This document shows, piece by piece, positions 36,708 through 49,283 of a stretch of 64,000 bases of DNA; the first letter of the stretch is position 1; every line of letters begins with the position of its first letter. The DNA lies in the NCBI GenBank assembly GCA_965603825.1, contig CBFDEM010000013.1:372001-436000 (forward strand), read 5' to 3'. Position numbers and translations under genes: made by a program. The notes below the pieces were generated by a model. That model saw only the letters and a list, made by a program, of their open reading frames with translations, was not told the DNA's origin and did not search any database. This stretch comes from Blepharisma stoltei ATCC 30299. Its lineage: Eukaryota > Protista > Ciliophora.

Positions 36708-39396
36708 TTATTGGAATGTTGTAGGTCTTCTATCCATCGTTTCTTCTTTATTTAGGCTATCAATCAGCTCGGTATCTTCTATTGCATTTATTATATTGGC
36801 TTCTTTATGCTCTTTAATTTCTCTCAGTTTTTCTAAGTTTGTATTAGCATCGACCAAGTGGGGTTGAGTTTTCAATCTTGCTAATGGATTTTCTGCAGGA
36901 GTTGGAACAGTCACTGGGGACAGATTCCAAATCAGCTCAGAATAGTCTTCAATGCTTCTATCGCTTGAAAATTTTGCTGCATGCAGCGCTCCAGAAATGG
37001 ACATTTTGTTCCATCTGATTTTATCTTTATAGGCAGCATCAGATCTTTCATGAGCTTCGACATATGAGCTAAAATCATGGCATAACAAATAAGTCTCGTT
37101 TTTTTCTAAGTCCTCCAATAAAGATGCCATTTCTTTTGCGTTGCCAAATCGGTCCTCTCTGATAAGAGTGAATATATTCCTTAGTCTTGGATCTATTGGG
37201 TGATCCCCTTTTGCTAAACTTTCTCTGATTGATTGAACTTGATCTATTCTGGCTCCAAAAATAAACATATTATCTTCGCCTATTTCTTCTGCAATTTCTA
37301 CATTTGCGCCGTCCATAGTTCCGATAATAACTCCACCATTCATAACGAACTTCATATTACTTGTTCCAGATGCTTCTGTTCCGGCTGTTGAGATTTGTTC
37401 GCTTAAATCAGTTGCTGGGATAATTAATTCTGCAATAGAAACTGAATAATTTGGAATGAAAATCACTTTCATCAAATTTCCGATTTCTGGATCATTGTTT
37501 ATTACTTCAGCAACACAGTTAATCAGTTTGATGATTTTTTTAGCTGCAATATAGGTCGGCATTGCTTTGCCTGCAAAAATACTCATGAAATCTCTTAATG
37601 ATGACGTCAAACATAGAGTATGGAGACACTTCAATTTCTGTCTCTTTTAAGATGAATTTAGTTAACCTTACTTTGTTCTGGAACTTTATATCTGACCATT
37701 CTTCTTGAAATTTTGAATCGGTGATCTTTGGGTCTAAATTCCTCAATAATGACAAATCAGCTAATCAATCACTTCCATCTAAGTATTTATTATAAATATC
37801 TGCTAAGCCGTTATTTGCACAATGAATTCACCTTCTTGGGGAAACTCCATTTGTAATGTTGATAATCTTATGCGGAAAATACTCATTAAAATCTTTAAAA
37901 ACTAGATTCTTTAAAAGATTTGTGTGAATTTGTGAAACTCCATTGATTTTATGGCAAGTTAAGTTGCAAAGATTAGCCATTCTTATTTTTTTATGTTCAC
38001 CTTCTTTAATAAGTGACAAAGCTTACAGTAAATGGTTTTTTCTATCTTCACTTTCATTTTCATATCTCTTTTGGATTTCTTGCATGAATTGAAAGTTAAT
38101 GCTATAAATAATTTCTAAATGTCTTGGAAAAAGCTTTTGAAATAATTCTATTGGCCACTTCTCCATTGCCTCAGGAAAAATGGTATGGTTAGTATATGCG
38201 AAAACTTTCTGAACCAATTTTCAGCTGTATATTGGATCTAAGTCATAGAGGTCAATCAGAATTCTCAGCATTTCTGGTATCGCTAAAGTTGGGTGTGTGT
38301 CGTTAAGCTGAATGGCAACTTTACTAGGTAACTCATCCCACTTGTGACCTTTCTTCAAAAATCTTCTTATAACATCTTGTATAGTTGCAGAGCAGAAGAA
38401 ATACTGCTGCCTCAGTCTCAGCTCTTTTCCTGAATATGTTAAATCATTTGGATATAGCACAGAAGTAATTAGCTCCGCTTCTTGCCTAGACTTAACGGCT
38501 TCAAAATAGTCCCCTGTATTAAAAGAAGAAAAATCAAATTCATTTGCAGGCCTAGATCTCCATAGCCTTAGATTGATAGTGTTAAACGTTCTATAACCAG
38601 AAATTGGTGTATCATAGGCCATTGCGATGATATTTTCAGCTGGGATTCAGTTTCTTTTTTCCCTTCCTCCTTCATAGACAGACTCGACATGGCCTCCGAA
38701 ATAAATATCGTATGCTACATCAGATCTTTCAATTTCCCAAGGATTTTGCTGAATAAGCCAATAGTCTGGAAGCTCAACTTGGTAGCCTTTGATGATTTTT
38801 TGCCTGAACATTCCATAATCATAACGAATTCCATATCCTCAGCCAGGATATTCAAGAGTGGCCAGCGAGTCTAAATAGCAAGCTGCAAGCCTTCCAAGGC
38901 CTCCATTTCCTAAGGCAGGGTTGATTTCTTCTTCATAGAGGTCTTCTAGCTTAAATCCAAGATCTGATAAAGCTTCCTTATAGTCTTTTTCCAAATCAAT
39001 ATTGTACAAATTATTTTTGAGAAGGCGGCCTAAAAGATACTCGAGAGATATATAATAAACTCTTTTATTGTCAGAAGCTGTGAAGATCTGTTGAGAGTCA
39101 TTTCAACTCTCAATAAGCCGATCTCTTACAGAAAATGCTGTGGCTCGATAGCATGATAAATTATCAAAGTTAAACCTTGTTCTAGCAAGAGTATACTCAA
39201 CATGGGAAACAATGGACTTTTGAATTGTTATTAAATCTGAGTCTAAGTATTCAGCCATGAGTTTTCATAACTTGTCTGTTCTTTCTTCGCCTTTTAGCTG
39301 GCCATGGAATTCCGGGCGAAATTGCTTTTCCTTTAAAAAGACTCTTGAGCTTTTTCTATGAATGGATCTTCTTGGAGATTTCTGTTCTTCTTCCAT
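36708..39396 (-). pseudogene. Glycogen phosphorylase, disrupted as assembled (in-frame TAA at 38023-38025; frameshifting deletion at about 37580)
   Basis: [60 protein letters not shown]. The frame changes between KRFHEY and IFAGKA and the intervening conserved segment is missing. Family identity is secure; pseudogene status less so. Confidence 0.8.
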
Positions 39397-40046
39397 TTAA
39401 TGGCTATTAATTTTTATCATATTAATATCCATTAATTGTCAAATCAATAGTAATTGAAGGCTATTTTAATAGTTTTATCTTTTCCCATGATTGCGAAAAC
39501 AATTTAACGATTTAATCCTTAAGCTGCTAATATTTCTTTTATTGGATGGAACCTAAGACTCTCATTTCAAGATGAAAAAGTTGGATATGCTTTTTTAGAG
39601 TTCCCAATTTATGCTCGAGGATTATTTTGCTATAATGATAAGCAATAAAAGAAAATTTATTGCTCTTTTAGCGTAAAAATTTTTAAACAACTCGATTTGA
39701 AAAATATAAAATCTGAAGAGTCCCATAAATAAAATGTTAAAAAATAATCATATATTTAAACAGCAATATGAATGCTCTGAATTATTTTTGATTTGAAAGG
39801 ATCAGAATCTATTCAAAAACACCACAGCGTCGCAAAATCTGCAGACTCTTCAATGCTGCCGCTCCAAGCTGAAATCAGCTACTTGTAGCTTACAGCAATT
39901 GATTGAAATTATTGTACTAATAATACAGCGCAGAGCAGGCACTATCGCCTCTAAGCTTTTGATTTTAAAGATTCTTCGTCTATAGAATATGCAGCAATCG
40001 ATGCTTCTCTTGAGATCTATAATTAGATGTTATTTAATAAAATAAA

Positions 40047-40439
40047 TTAAACAAGATTGAGATTATATTTAGACTGCATTTGAACATAAAAATCTTTTAG
40101 TTGGGAGCCATCAGGAAGCTGTGAAAATTGTGATAAAATTCTTCCAGAATGCAGCCTTAGATTTACGTCGGCTCCGAAAAAATAAAGATCTCTCCAAGTG
40201 AAAAGAAGCCCAAAAAGCATAGGATATCGAATAAGTCGTCTTGGAAATTTAAAAAGCAGTGGCCCTACAAATGATAAAAAGATATAGGAAAATACAGCTC
40301 CTCTTCCACCCATATATACCAAATAGCCCATATGGTCTATGATTTCTTCCTTCATTTCTTTATCTCTATTTGCTACCCTAGCTTTATTTAACTCTTCACT
40401 TATATCTTCAATAAGCATCTTTTTCTGCTTCCAGTTCAT
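40047..40439 (-). CDS. Small hypothetical membrane protein (1-2 TM)
   Basis: 130-codon ORF from ATG 40439 to TAA, with two hydrophobic stretches. Confidence 0.65.
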   Translation of the reverse strand: MNWKQKKMLIEDISEELNKARVANRDKEMKEEIIDHMGYLVYMGGRGAVFSYIFLSFVGPLLFKFPRRLIRYPMLFGLLFTWRDLYFFGADVNLRLHSGRILSQFSQLPDGSQLKDFYVQMQSKYNLNLV

Positions 40440-40563
40440 GATATTATAATGAATATAAATAAGCAAATGATAAAATTTTCATATTTATTTCTCACAGATA
40501 GCTAAATTTTTAATTTTACTTTTATTTAAAAACTAAATACATAGATATTATATCTAATCTCAG

Positions 40564-41469
40564 CTATGCTTCTGTTTTGGCTCTATAAGGGGAGCTATTT
40601 CTACTACCACTACTCACTGAACTATCAGAAACCTTTGCGGATTGTATTATTTGCATAGATGACACCTCATTTTCATTTGGAGCATTATTGCCTTCTTGAA
40701 CCTCTATTTCATCATCTTCTTTTTCAACCAGCCCTTTTGCTTCTCTCCTTTTTAATATCAAATCATAAGTTGTAATTCCATGGCGGATGAGATATACATG
40801 AAATCCTATCAAATATGCATTTGAAATAAAAATCAAGAAACTTAAAATCATCATTGACCAAACAATTACCAAGATGACAACATGAGCGTTTTTTCCATAA
40901 ACGTCTTCGCATTTATCCCGAAAATCACTAGAATCATCAATTCCTAAATGAATTTCATAAGCACAGCAAATAATAAAACACGCTTGGGTGATCTCTACAA
41001 TCCAAATTAAAAGAAAAAATATTGAATAATTCTTGCGGCCCACACAGTTATTTACTCATTTGCAATGGTGGTCAAATTTGTCTGTGCATCTATTGCATCT
41101 CATACAATGCTTACTATCAGCACTTACTGGGGAGCTGCAGAGTGAGCAATAGTTTGTATATGATTTCCTAAATTCTTCTCTAAGTTAGAATTACTTTGCT
41201 TTTTGGGCTTCTAAGTACTCTAAGACCATTGGATCAGTTGGATCAGAGACTGTTAATATGAATCCTAAAATTATTGTAAAAATTTGCAAAATTCCATATA
41301 TGATTGACATGGGAATTTGCGCATTCATTTCTTGGACTGGAATTATCAAGGCAAAGAAAACGAAAATCGTAGTTAACGTAATAATCCAACTTGTAAGCTG
41401 ATATGGGTGATATGGGAGCTGAAGACCAGTGCTTTTCACTTTACGCTCTGACTGCTCTTTATCTTTCAT
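40564..41469 (-). CDS. DHHC palmitoyltransferase (ZDHHC1/11-like); 15-nt intron at 41180-41194
   Basis: [40 protein letters not shown](TGA)[10 protein letters not shown], GITTYD. Confidence 0.94.
41180..41194 (-). other. 15-nt intron GTAATTCTAACTTAG
   Basis: Removes an in-frame TAA between the TM segments and the DHHC domain. Confidence 0.92.
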
Positions 41470-41757
41470 TTTTGATAATTTTTTTCCTAAGACTCGTGAT
41501 GATGAGATTAAATAATGAAATGATGCTGTGTGAAATAAGTTTTCTCAGAGAAGTTTGAGGCATAAACAGAAGTATAATTAATTTAGTATTGGGGTTACCA
41601 GTTAATTTTTATGAAATATCCAGTAAAGCTACAATGAATCTAGCTGCCAAATCCATGAAGCTATAGTAATCATTTTCTAACAAAGTAATAAATTTTAAGT
41701 TAAGTGAATATGAAAAATTTATAGATAAATGACAATATTGAGAGATTAGTGAATTAT

Positions 41758-42768
41758 TTAGAAGGTAATTCCATTCATATCATAAATCACAGCCATAATA
41801 GAACTTTGCTCATAATGATCTATGATAAGAATATTCCCTACTTGATAATGCTCATGCTTCAAGCTTTTCCAAAACTCTGGTAAGAAAGGATTCCCTAAGT
41901 CGGCCAGCTGAATCAGAGTATGTGGCTTCAAGAATTTGATAGAATCCAAAATTGTTTGAGCATTAGGTGTTAAAGTCCAAGAAACTTTGAAAATTTGATT
42001 AGGCCAAGTGCTGCTCATATACTGTTGCACAGTATCTTTATTGAATTTAATCATCTTCCTAATAATTGGAGAATTAGCATATGTATTATAAATTGTGTCT
42101 CCAGGCCATATAGGAGCTGAATCCTCCTCTGACATAGTGACAATAACTGTTTTCCCACTTTCTATCATATCATTTATCGTGAAATTGAAACTTAAATTTA
42201 CAGGATAAATAAATTCCCCAAAATATTCAATAATCATGGCTCTGAGATCCCTAATATTTTGATGAGAAGGAAATCCGCTGAAGTGAGAAACTTCAAGGAC
42301 CAATATTTCATTTTTATATTCTTCCATGAATTTAGAAATATTTCCAAAAAGTTCAGTTATTGGAGAACCACAGAGGTAATGAAAAGTGACCCATTGATTT
42401 GTTGTATTGTCCCATCCTGAACGAATATCAAGATATCTTATTCCTCCCAAAAGCTGCTGGTAGAGATTTTGATCTTGGGCTAGTGCAAAATTTCTTGTTA
42501 CCCATGTTTCATTTTTACCTATTTTTTGGCCAACTGCAGCAGCTTCATTTGGCCAGTCTGAGCCTGCGTCTGGCATCCAAACATCTCCCAGCCAATAAGC
42601 GCCACTATCATGAGTTCCTGGAAGCGTGATCTCTTTAAGTGTTTTTTGGCCTATAAATTCAAGAGAGTCACTCATTCACGAGGCTGGATTAATTCGCCCT
42701 GCTGGAACTTTGGATAAAACATATGAAATCGCAGTTAAAGCAAATATAATTAAGACCTGAAAGTTCAT
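41758..42768 (-). CDS. PI-PLC X-domain protein (PLCXD-like) with signal peptide
   Basis: MNFQVLIIFALTAISYVLS leader; PAS-W(TGA)-MS, LPGTHDSGAY, QLLGGIRYLDIR. Confidence 0.88.
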
Positions 42769-42966
42769 ATATGAAACCACTATTATTATCAGAATTATTT
42801 CCCTTCATAATTAGATTGCAATTTTGATATTTTAATTTAAATGGAAAATATAAGAGCAATAATTTATTTCACACTCTAAATTAGGCATCGGCTTGGAGAA
42901 TTATTGTAGATTTGAAACATTAGAACAAGCAATGTAATTTTTTGGAAAAATTTTTGATAAACAAAA

Positions 42967-45288
42967 ATGTATTTTGAGGCACAACAGACAAATGATGAAA
43001 GGGAATTAAAAGATACCGAGGAAAAAGATGCAAAAGATCTGTTGACCATGAATAAAAGTACTACTCATCAAATATTTAAAAGCCAAGAAATAAGAACATC
43101 AACCAAAGTTATTACAAAATCTTGATCAAAATCGAGCGGAGAAAAATCTGAAATATCAGACTATAGAAACAGTAATTATATAATTAATAGAAGATCAAGA
43201 CAAGGGATTATGGAGGCGAATAAAATTATTAAGAATGAAGCTGAAATACAAACCGATGAAAGATATTTGAAGGTATTGAAGGGAATACATTGCTTTTTTT
43301 ACATAATAGAATTTAAAATGAAAGAGAGTTTAAAAGAGTGCTTTCTTAGTATGTGCAAGACTAATAGTATGAATCAAATATATCATGCTTTGCTTTTAAT
43401 TGCAGTTAAGCTTAAATTACTTCTAAATAGAAGTTTTATGGGATGGAAAATGCAATGAATTGCTGAGAAAACTAGAAATCTACAGAAATCAACACTCTCA
43501 TTAGAAAATTTGAATATAAACCAAATTTGCATCAATAAGTTATTTCTAGAAAAAAGTGAGAATGAGACTCAAACTAGCACATCCTTTATCAATATAATCA
43601 AATGATTAAATGCAATGGTGCATATACTGGAATTTAATAAAAAAATAAGCTTGATTGTAGGATTTTCAAAAATTTCCCAATTCAACTTGAAATCTTTAAA
43701 ATTAAGGGCTATAAGGATAATAGTTCGTTTCCCAATGCACGCATTAAAGCAGGCATTTTGCAATTGATCATTATTTAGCATTAGAGGAAGTGAAAAAGAA
43801 AGAAAAATATCAAATCTCCAAATAGAATCTTTGTCTGAGCTAACAAATAATTTTTATAGAGCAGCAGAGATTGAAAGAGAAGATATTGAAATACAGACAG
43901 ATATGAACTATTTTGACTCTATACGTTCAATTCAGTGCTTATTTTGTATTTTTGATTACAAGAGAAAATTAATCTTAAAAGATAGCTTTTGCTCTATTGA
44001 AAATGCTAGTGACTTTTCTTCCTTCAGAAAATCTTTAAGAAGGTTGAATAGTAAATTAAAAACGGTTCTATCTCATGCATTCTTGAAATGGAAAGTAAAA
44101 TGTGATTGCAAATTCTATGTAAACATGAAAATTGATATTCTCAATAGAGAGCAAGTTGAAAGAGAATTGATATGTAAAGGATTTCTCATATTATTTAAAT
44201 TTGAGTACAAATACAAAATTTTTGCATTTTCTACGATTCGAAGGGGATGCTTGATAAAAAAGCACGATTCTGAAGTTGAGTGTGTATCAAACCAGTTTAA
44301 ATTACATAAAGTTGACTCTGCAGCTAGCCAAATATATCGGCTAATGAAAAAGATTAGTTACATAAATACTCAAACCTGTTTTAGAATATGAAAGGACTGT
44401 ATATCTGCACTAAAAATTCTATCATTAGATTTAGAACTTTCTTGTGAGAGAGCCAAAAAAGCATGCTTATTTTTTCTTTATATCCAAAGTAAATTGAAAA
44501 AGCAATATATGTGAAAATATTTTTATAAACTCAAACTCAACGCTATAAAATTTTCCCAACAAGTCTGTCTAAACAAACTTGTTGAGAAAGAAAAATTAAT
44601 TTCAGCTACAAAAATTGCAAAGTTGCTATATTTGCTTCATTTTAAAAGTAATCAAAAAATATTCTATAATTTGAAAATCTTTAATTTACAAAAAGCATAT
44701 TGAATAGCTAAAAGAAAATCAAAGGCAAAATTTTTATTTTCTCTTTGCAAGCAAAAATGGCTTATAAAGATGCAGGCTTCACTTTTATTATGAAAAATAA
44801 ATTGAAAAACTCATCAATTATATTCAATTCGTGATTTATTAAATGATATTAAATCAAAAAAGATTGAACTGAACCAATCAATTACAAATGAAAGAAAGGA
44901 GCTCGATGAACTAGACAAGAAAATTATATTTCAGCAAGAAATTATCAAAGGCCTCTTAAATGAGCGCGATGAAGTGGATCAGTTTAGTGAAAGCAGTCAG
45001 TCTCAAGACACAACTCGTTGCAATGACAGTTCAGCTTTTACTCCTGTGAAATCTTCATGTTCCTATAATAATCTTACTTCTCCCTCAATAACTCCTATCC
45101 CTAAATCCATTTCTCGATCACCATTGATCTCCGATTTTTCTCTTAAAACACAAACACATACAGATAAATCTCCCGCTAAAAAGGCTCTTCACATACAGTA
45201 CAAATCAACTAATAATTCCTATGGGTTACTTATGGCTCTAGTTGTTTTTATTCCCATCATAATTTGCATTTTTATGTTATTATCTTAA
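42967..45288 (+). CDS. Hypothetical 773-aa repeat protein with (I/T)QT motifs, FxxW (Sfi1-like) motifs and a C-terminal TM anchor
   Basis: Single frame with about nine TGAs and no TAA/TAG, joining track ORFs 43210, 43831 and 44974. Confidence 0.75.
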
Positions 45289-45310
45289 CTAGAATATAAA
45301 TTTGTTAATA

Positions 45311-47188
45311 TTAGGCTTTCTTTCTCCACAATAATCCTTCTAATCTTGCGCAAGGCATTTCAACAAATAAGAAGAGGAATAATGCAAATGCCCATGATGC
45401 AGCAGCTAGAAAGATAAAATCTTTGAAACAATATATTCCGCTTAGGATTGCAGAGCCTTCTGAGTTACCATAAAAGGCTGTGAGCAAGCCAATGTGCCCT
45501 AGAAATACTGCGAAGCTGAGTTTTCCTAAGGGTTCCCAGAAGCTAAGTGATAATATCTTTGCAACGAATCTGAGCCTTCCAAAAAGAAGAGGCAATAAAA
45601 TCATAGCCAACCCAATAGTATATCCTAGTCTGCATGAGCCTTGAAATACAGCATTTTCTCCATCAGTTCAAATATAGCTGTTTGTTATGTCATTATATAC
45701 TTGCTTTTGAATCAAAATAAAGAATAAAACTGTGATCCATCCCATTAAAAAGCTAATGATTGCGCCGAACTTTGTATCTCTGATAATTTTGATGATACCA
45801 TTGCAAAAAGGATCCGGATAAGTGTCTTCTTCTTTAGTCACATAATTTTTGTAATATCTTAAATATATAAACCCAATCCATACTCCTAAAAAGTAAGGTA
45901 AAAATCGTATGTATGGCTTGGTGTAGTACCAGTAAAACCAGAGGTCAACATTCATTTTGGGGTCTGCAACATTCACATAGAAGTGATTTTCTGCAGCTAG
46001 AGAAATTCCAATTGCTAGTCCAGCTATAACCAGAAGGAGATTAATTACCCATGCTAGCCATTTTGCAGCATTGTAATATAATATAATAAGCAGTTGACCA
46101 AGCCAGAAAAATTGCATGTCATTAGCTAAGTACCATCCAACTCCAAAGCATCCATTGCCTTTGCCATTTGGAATAAAGTTATTTAAAAAAAGAAAATTTG
46201 TTCACCAATATGAGTCGCATTGGTTGTTAAGTCTTGCTGTAGTAGACCATAATGGGCCATTTCCTAATGATATAATCACGAAATTGTAAAAAATCATTAA
46301 GAATCCATAAAGAGGAATTATTCTTAAATACCGATGGATATTTAAATATTTCCATCCGCCAACGCCCAAATGTCCTCTTTTAGCTTCTAAAGTCTTTAAT
46401 ATTAAATATCCTGTAAGAAGTCCTCCAATAAAGAAAAAGGAATCAACTGAATAGTAGCCTCCATACATTATTGCCACCCAGAGCTGAGACGCAATATCTG
46501 GAGACTCCATCAGATTTGTAATCACTTTAAAGTGGTAAAAAGTAAAAGCATGCCCAACGATAACCCAATTGATCATAAAAAATCTTAAAGAATCCAGTAT
46601 AGATAAGTTATCACCCTTTTTTAAAACTCTTTGTTTTACCAAGCGTGCATAATTTGAAGATAAAGAGCAACAATTGAGTATTACGTTATATGTCGATTGT
46701 CTTTCATTTTTATCACTTAACTTGTCATTAGAACTTTTAGATAGATAGCTTGCAGCAATACAAAATCCTACCCATGCTATAAGAAAAGTAAGAGTTAACC
46801 AACCAGCTATGCTAAGAGGATTATCAAATCCAGACTGCACAGAGAGCTCAAAATCACTATTTTCAGGGTTATAATTCAATAATGAGAATACCGCTTGCTC
46901 AGTTTGGCTTTGTGAGCATTCTTGAGGGACACATAGCCCCATGTATATTCTTCCTTGTGTTTGATGACGTAATAGAAAATAATTATTGTTTTGCCTAAGA
47001 CAACTTCTATAGTGGCCTAAATCATTCAATCCTTTCCCGTTAAATAAAAACATTTCAACACTGTGAGGATAGTTATTCTTATTAAAAAGAGTAAGCATTG
47101 TCTGGTTAAATCTCTCTTCAATTGCTTCCATGCATTTTTGATTTGCCAAGCTGACTATTATTCATGCAAGCAAAAGAGCACCTTTCAT
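45311..47188 (-). CDS. NRF-6/O-acyltransferase-like (Acyltransferase-3) membrane protein
   Basis: NDLGHYRSC..GLCVPQECS (NRF domain), LDSLRFFMINWVIVGH, SVDSFFFIGG, HRYLRIIP, WYLANDMQFF, YTKPYIR, FVEMP. Confidence 0.9.
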
Positions 47189-47900
47189 TTATTGTTAAAT
47201 TTTATGGAATGAAAATATCATAAATCATTATTTTTAGACTATTATTTTGCCTATTTTTCAATTCCTCTACACATAAAAATGCATATATATATAAAATGGA
47301 AAGTCAAGTCTTAACTGTTAATGTGCAATTGATATATTGAAAATAAGAGAATTGCAATGATACTTTCTTAGATAAAATATTGTGTCATAGAGCAATTGAA
47401 GGAGAAACTTGCTTTTAATGCAACATAGCAAGCGAATTTAAAATATGTTGATAGGAAGAAGCTTTAAATGCAATTTAACAATTGAAAATTCTTTGCTGCC
47501 AAAATTCTATAATCAGACTTCTCGATGAACATTGATTGATGGCAATCTAGGAAGCCAAAAGCCAAGCACAAATGGGACGTTGCTTTTTTTGAAGGATGGC
47601 TTTAAAATTTATAATGAAACGATTTCAAAGCCAATCATTGTTATTTAGGCAATGCTGATATGAGGGTCATAAATGAAGTTTTGTCAGTCTTTCTATTCTA
47701 GATATCAAAACTTATAGCTTATAGTGATACGCACTAATATGCATTTCCTATAAGTACAAAATATAATCCGATTCATATTGTTTTAAAAATTGCAATCCTT
47801 TCTTTTTTTATGGCTGTTAAAACTTCTTCAAAGTGCATTTTTTACTATTTTTTAAGTTTCATTTCTTCAGCCTAAGCAAAATATAACTTTATTATTCAAT

Positions 47901-49040
47901 ATGGAATCAGAAAAGTTTTCAAATCTCTCCAACCCTGAAGTTCTGTTAGGATTAAAAAGTCAGCATTCATCCTCCAAAATGAGTGAATCTTCTGAGGAAG
48001 CCCAAATCAAGCCCCAATATTTAGATAAGCAATGGCAATGGGCATATCCTACGGTTGAAGGTATTCCTCCAAGCCCTCGTGGAGGTCATACAGCTACTTT
48101 AGTAGGCGCCTCATTAGTGATTTTCGGAGGACACTATTATGCAGGGAAAAAAGAAGGATTTGTCTACCTCAATGATACAATTGTATTAGATGTCAATGAT
48201 AACCGCTGGTATAGGCCTCGAATAAACGGGACTCCTCCAGCTCCTCGGTATGGCCACACCTCAGTTCTGGCTGGCTCTCGAGTGGTTTTATTTGGAGGAA
48301 GAGGTGCAAATTCAGCTCATTTTAGGGACCTTCATGCCTTGGACCCAGTTACTATGACATGGTATCAAGGCCCTGAAGGTGGAAATGCTCCAGGTGGACG
48401 ACTTGACCATTCTGCTAATTTAGTAGGTTCTAAAATGTTTATATTTGGAGGGTGGAATCAAGATATTTTTTATAATGATTTACATGTGCTGGATCTTGCA
48501 TTAATGGCTTGGACCCAACCAGAAACATCAGGACCTTCCCCATCTCCTAGAATGGGGCATGTTTCTGTTGTGGTTGGAACAAATATTGTGATTCAAGGAG
48601 GATTTTATTTTGACCCTAAAAAGCACGAAGATGGAGGTCTGAGGATGGGAAGTATGTTGAAGGAATGCTATTTAAATGATCTTAGGGTGCTTGATACAGA
48701 AACCCTAGTATGAAGCAGACTCAGAGTGTCGGGAACTCCACCTTATCCATGCTATGGCCATACCATGGATATTTCTGGGTCTGATATTATTGTTTTTGGA
48801 GGATATGGAGCTTTTCAGAAAGGGACAGAAACAAAGTGCGATTATTTTGTGGATTTGAATACAGACACAATGACTTGGAATAGAGGAAATTATATTGGAA
48901 CCCCTCCCCCTCCAAGGCATGGACACACTTCGACACCAATTGGTCCACATGTTTTAATATTTGGAGGGTGGGAATCGACAAAAGCAATGAATGATGTGGT
49001 TGTGATAAGAGAAATATCTGATGCAAAAGATGCAAAATAA
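47901..49040 (+). CDS. Kelch-repeat beta-propeller protein (RABEPK/p40-like)
   Basis: Six PxPRxGH..FGG..ND..W repeats; joined via TGA 48711. Confidence 0.9.
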
Positions 49041-49283
49041 GTAATATTTAAAACTTTATTCAAAATTTCAATTATTTTAAAGTATTGAAAAAATCAGTTT
49101 GCTGGCAAATTTTCAATTAAAAAATAGGCTTTAAAATAGTGCCTTCATAATTAAATAAATTTTTTAGCAATCTAGCTTTAATGCTATTTGTCATAAGCTA
49201 ATTGTCTGTTTTCACATTCATGAGATGATATGAATAATTTCACTTGAGTGACTGTTAAAAATGGCAATAAATAATACTCTATA

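Noticed and set aside
38003-38026. GTAAG at the phosphorylase TAA as an intron donor
   Set aside because: No AG at 15 or 16 nt; the next plausible AG gives 23 nt, which would shift the frame and delete the conserved LS(L/I)I residues.
39660-40020. Long stop-free minus-strand frame upstream of the phosphorylase
   Set aside because: No ATG, implausible composition and no recognisable homology.
47296-47700. Slightly GC-richer stretch starting AAAATGGAA that looks like a decayed gene
   Set aside because: About six TAA/TAG codons in roughly 100 codons and no recognisable motif; cannot be told apart from intergenic DNA by eye.
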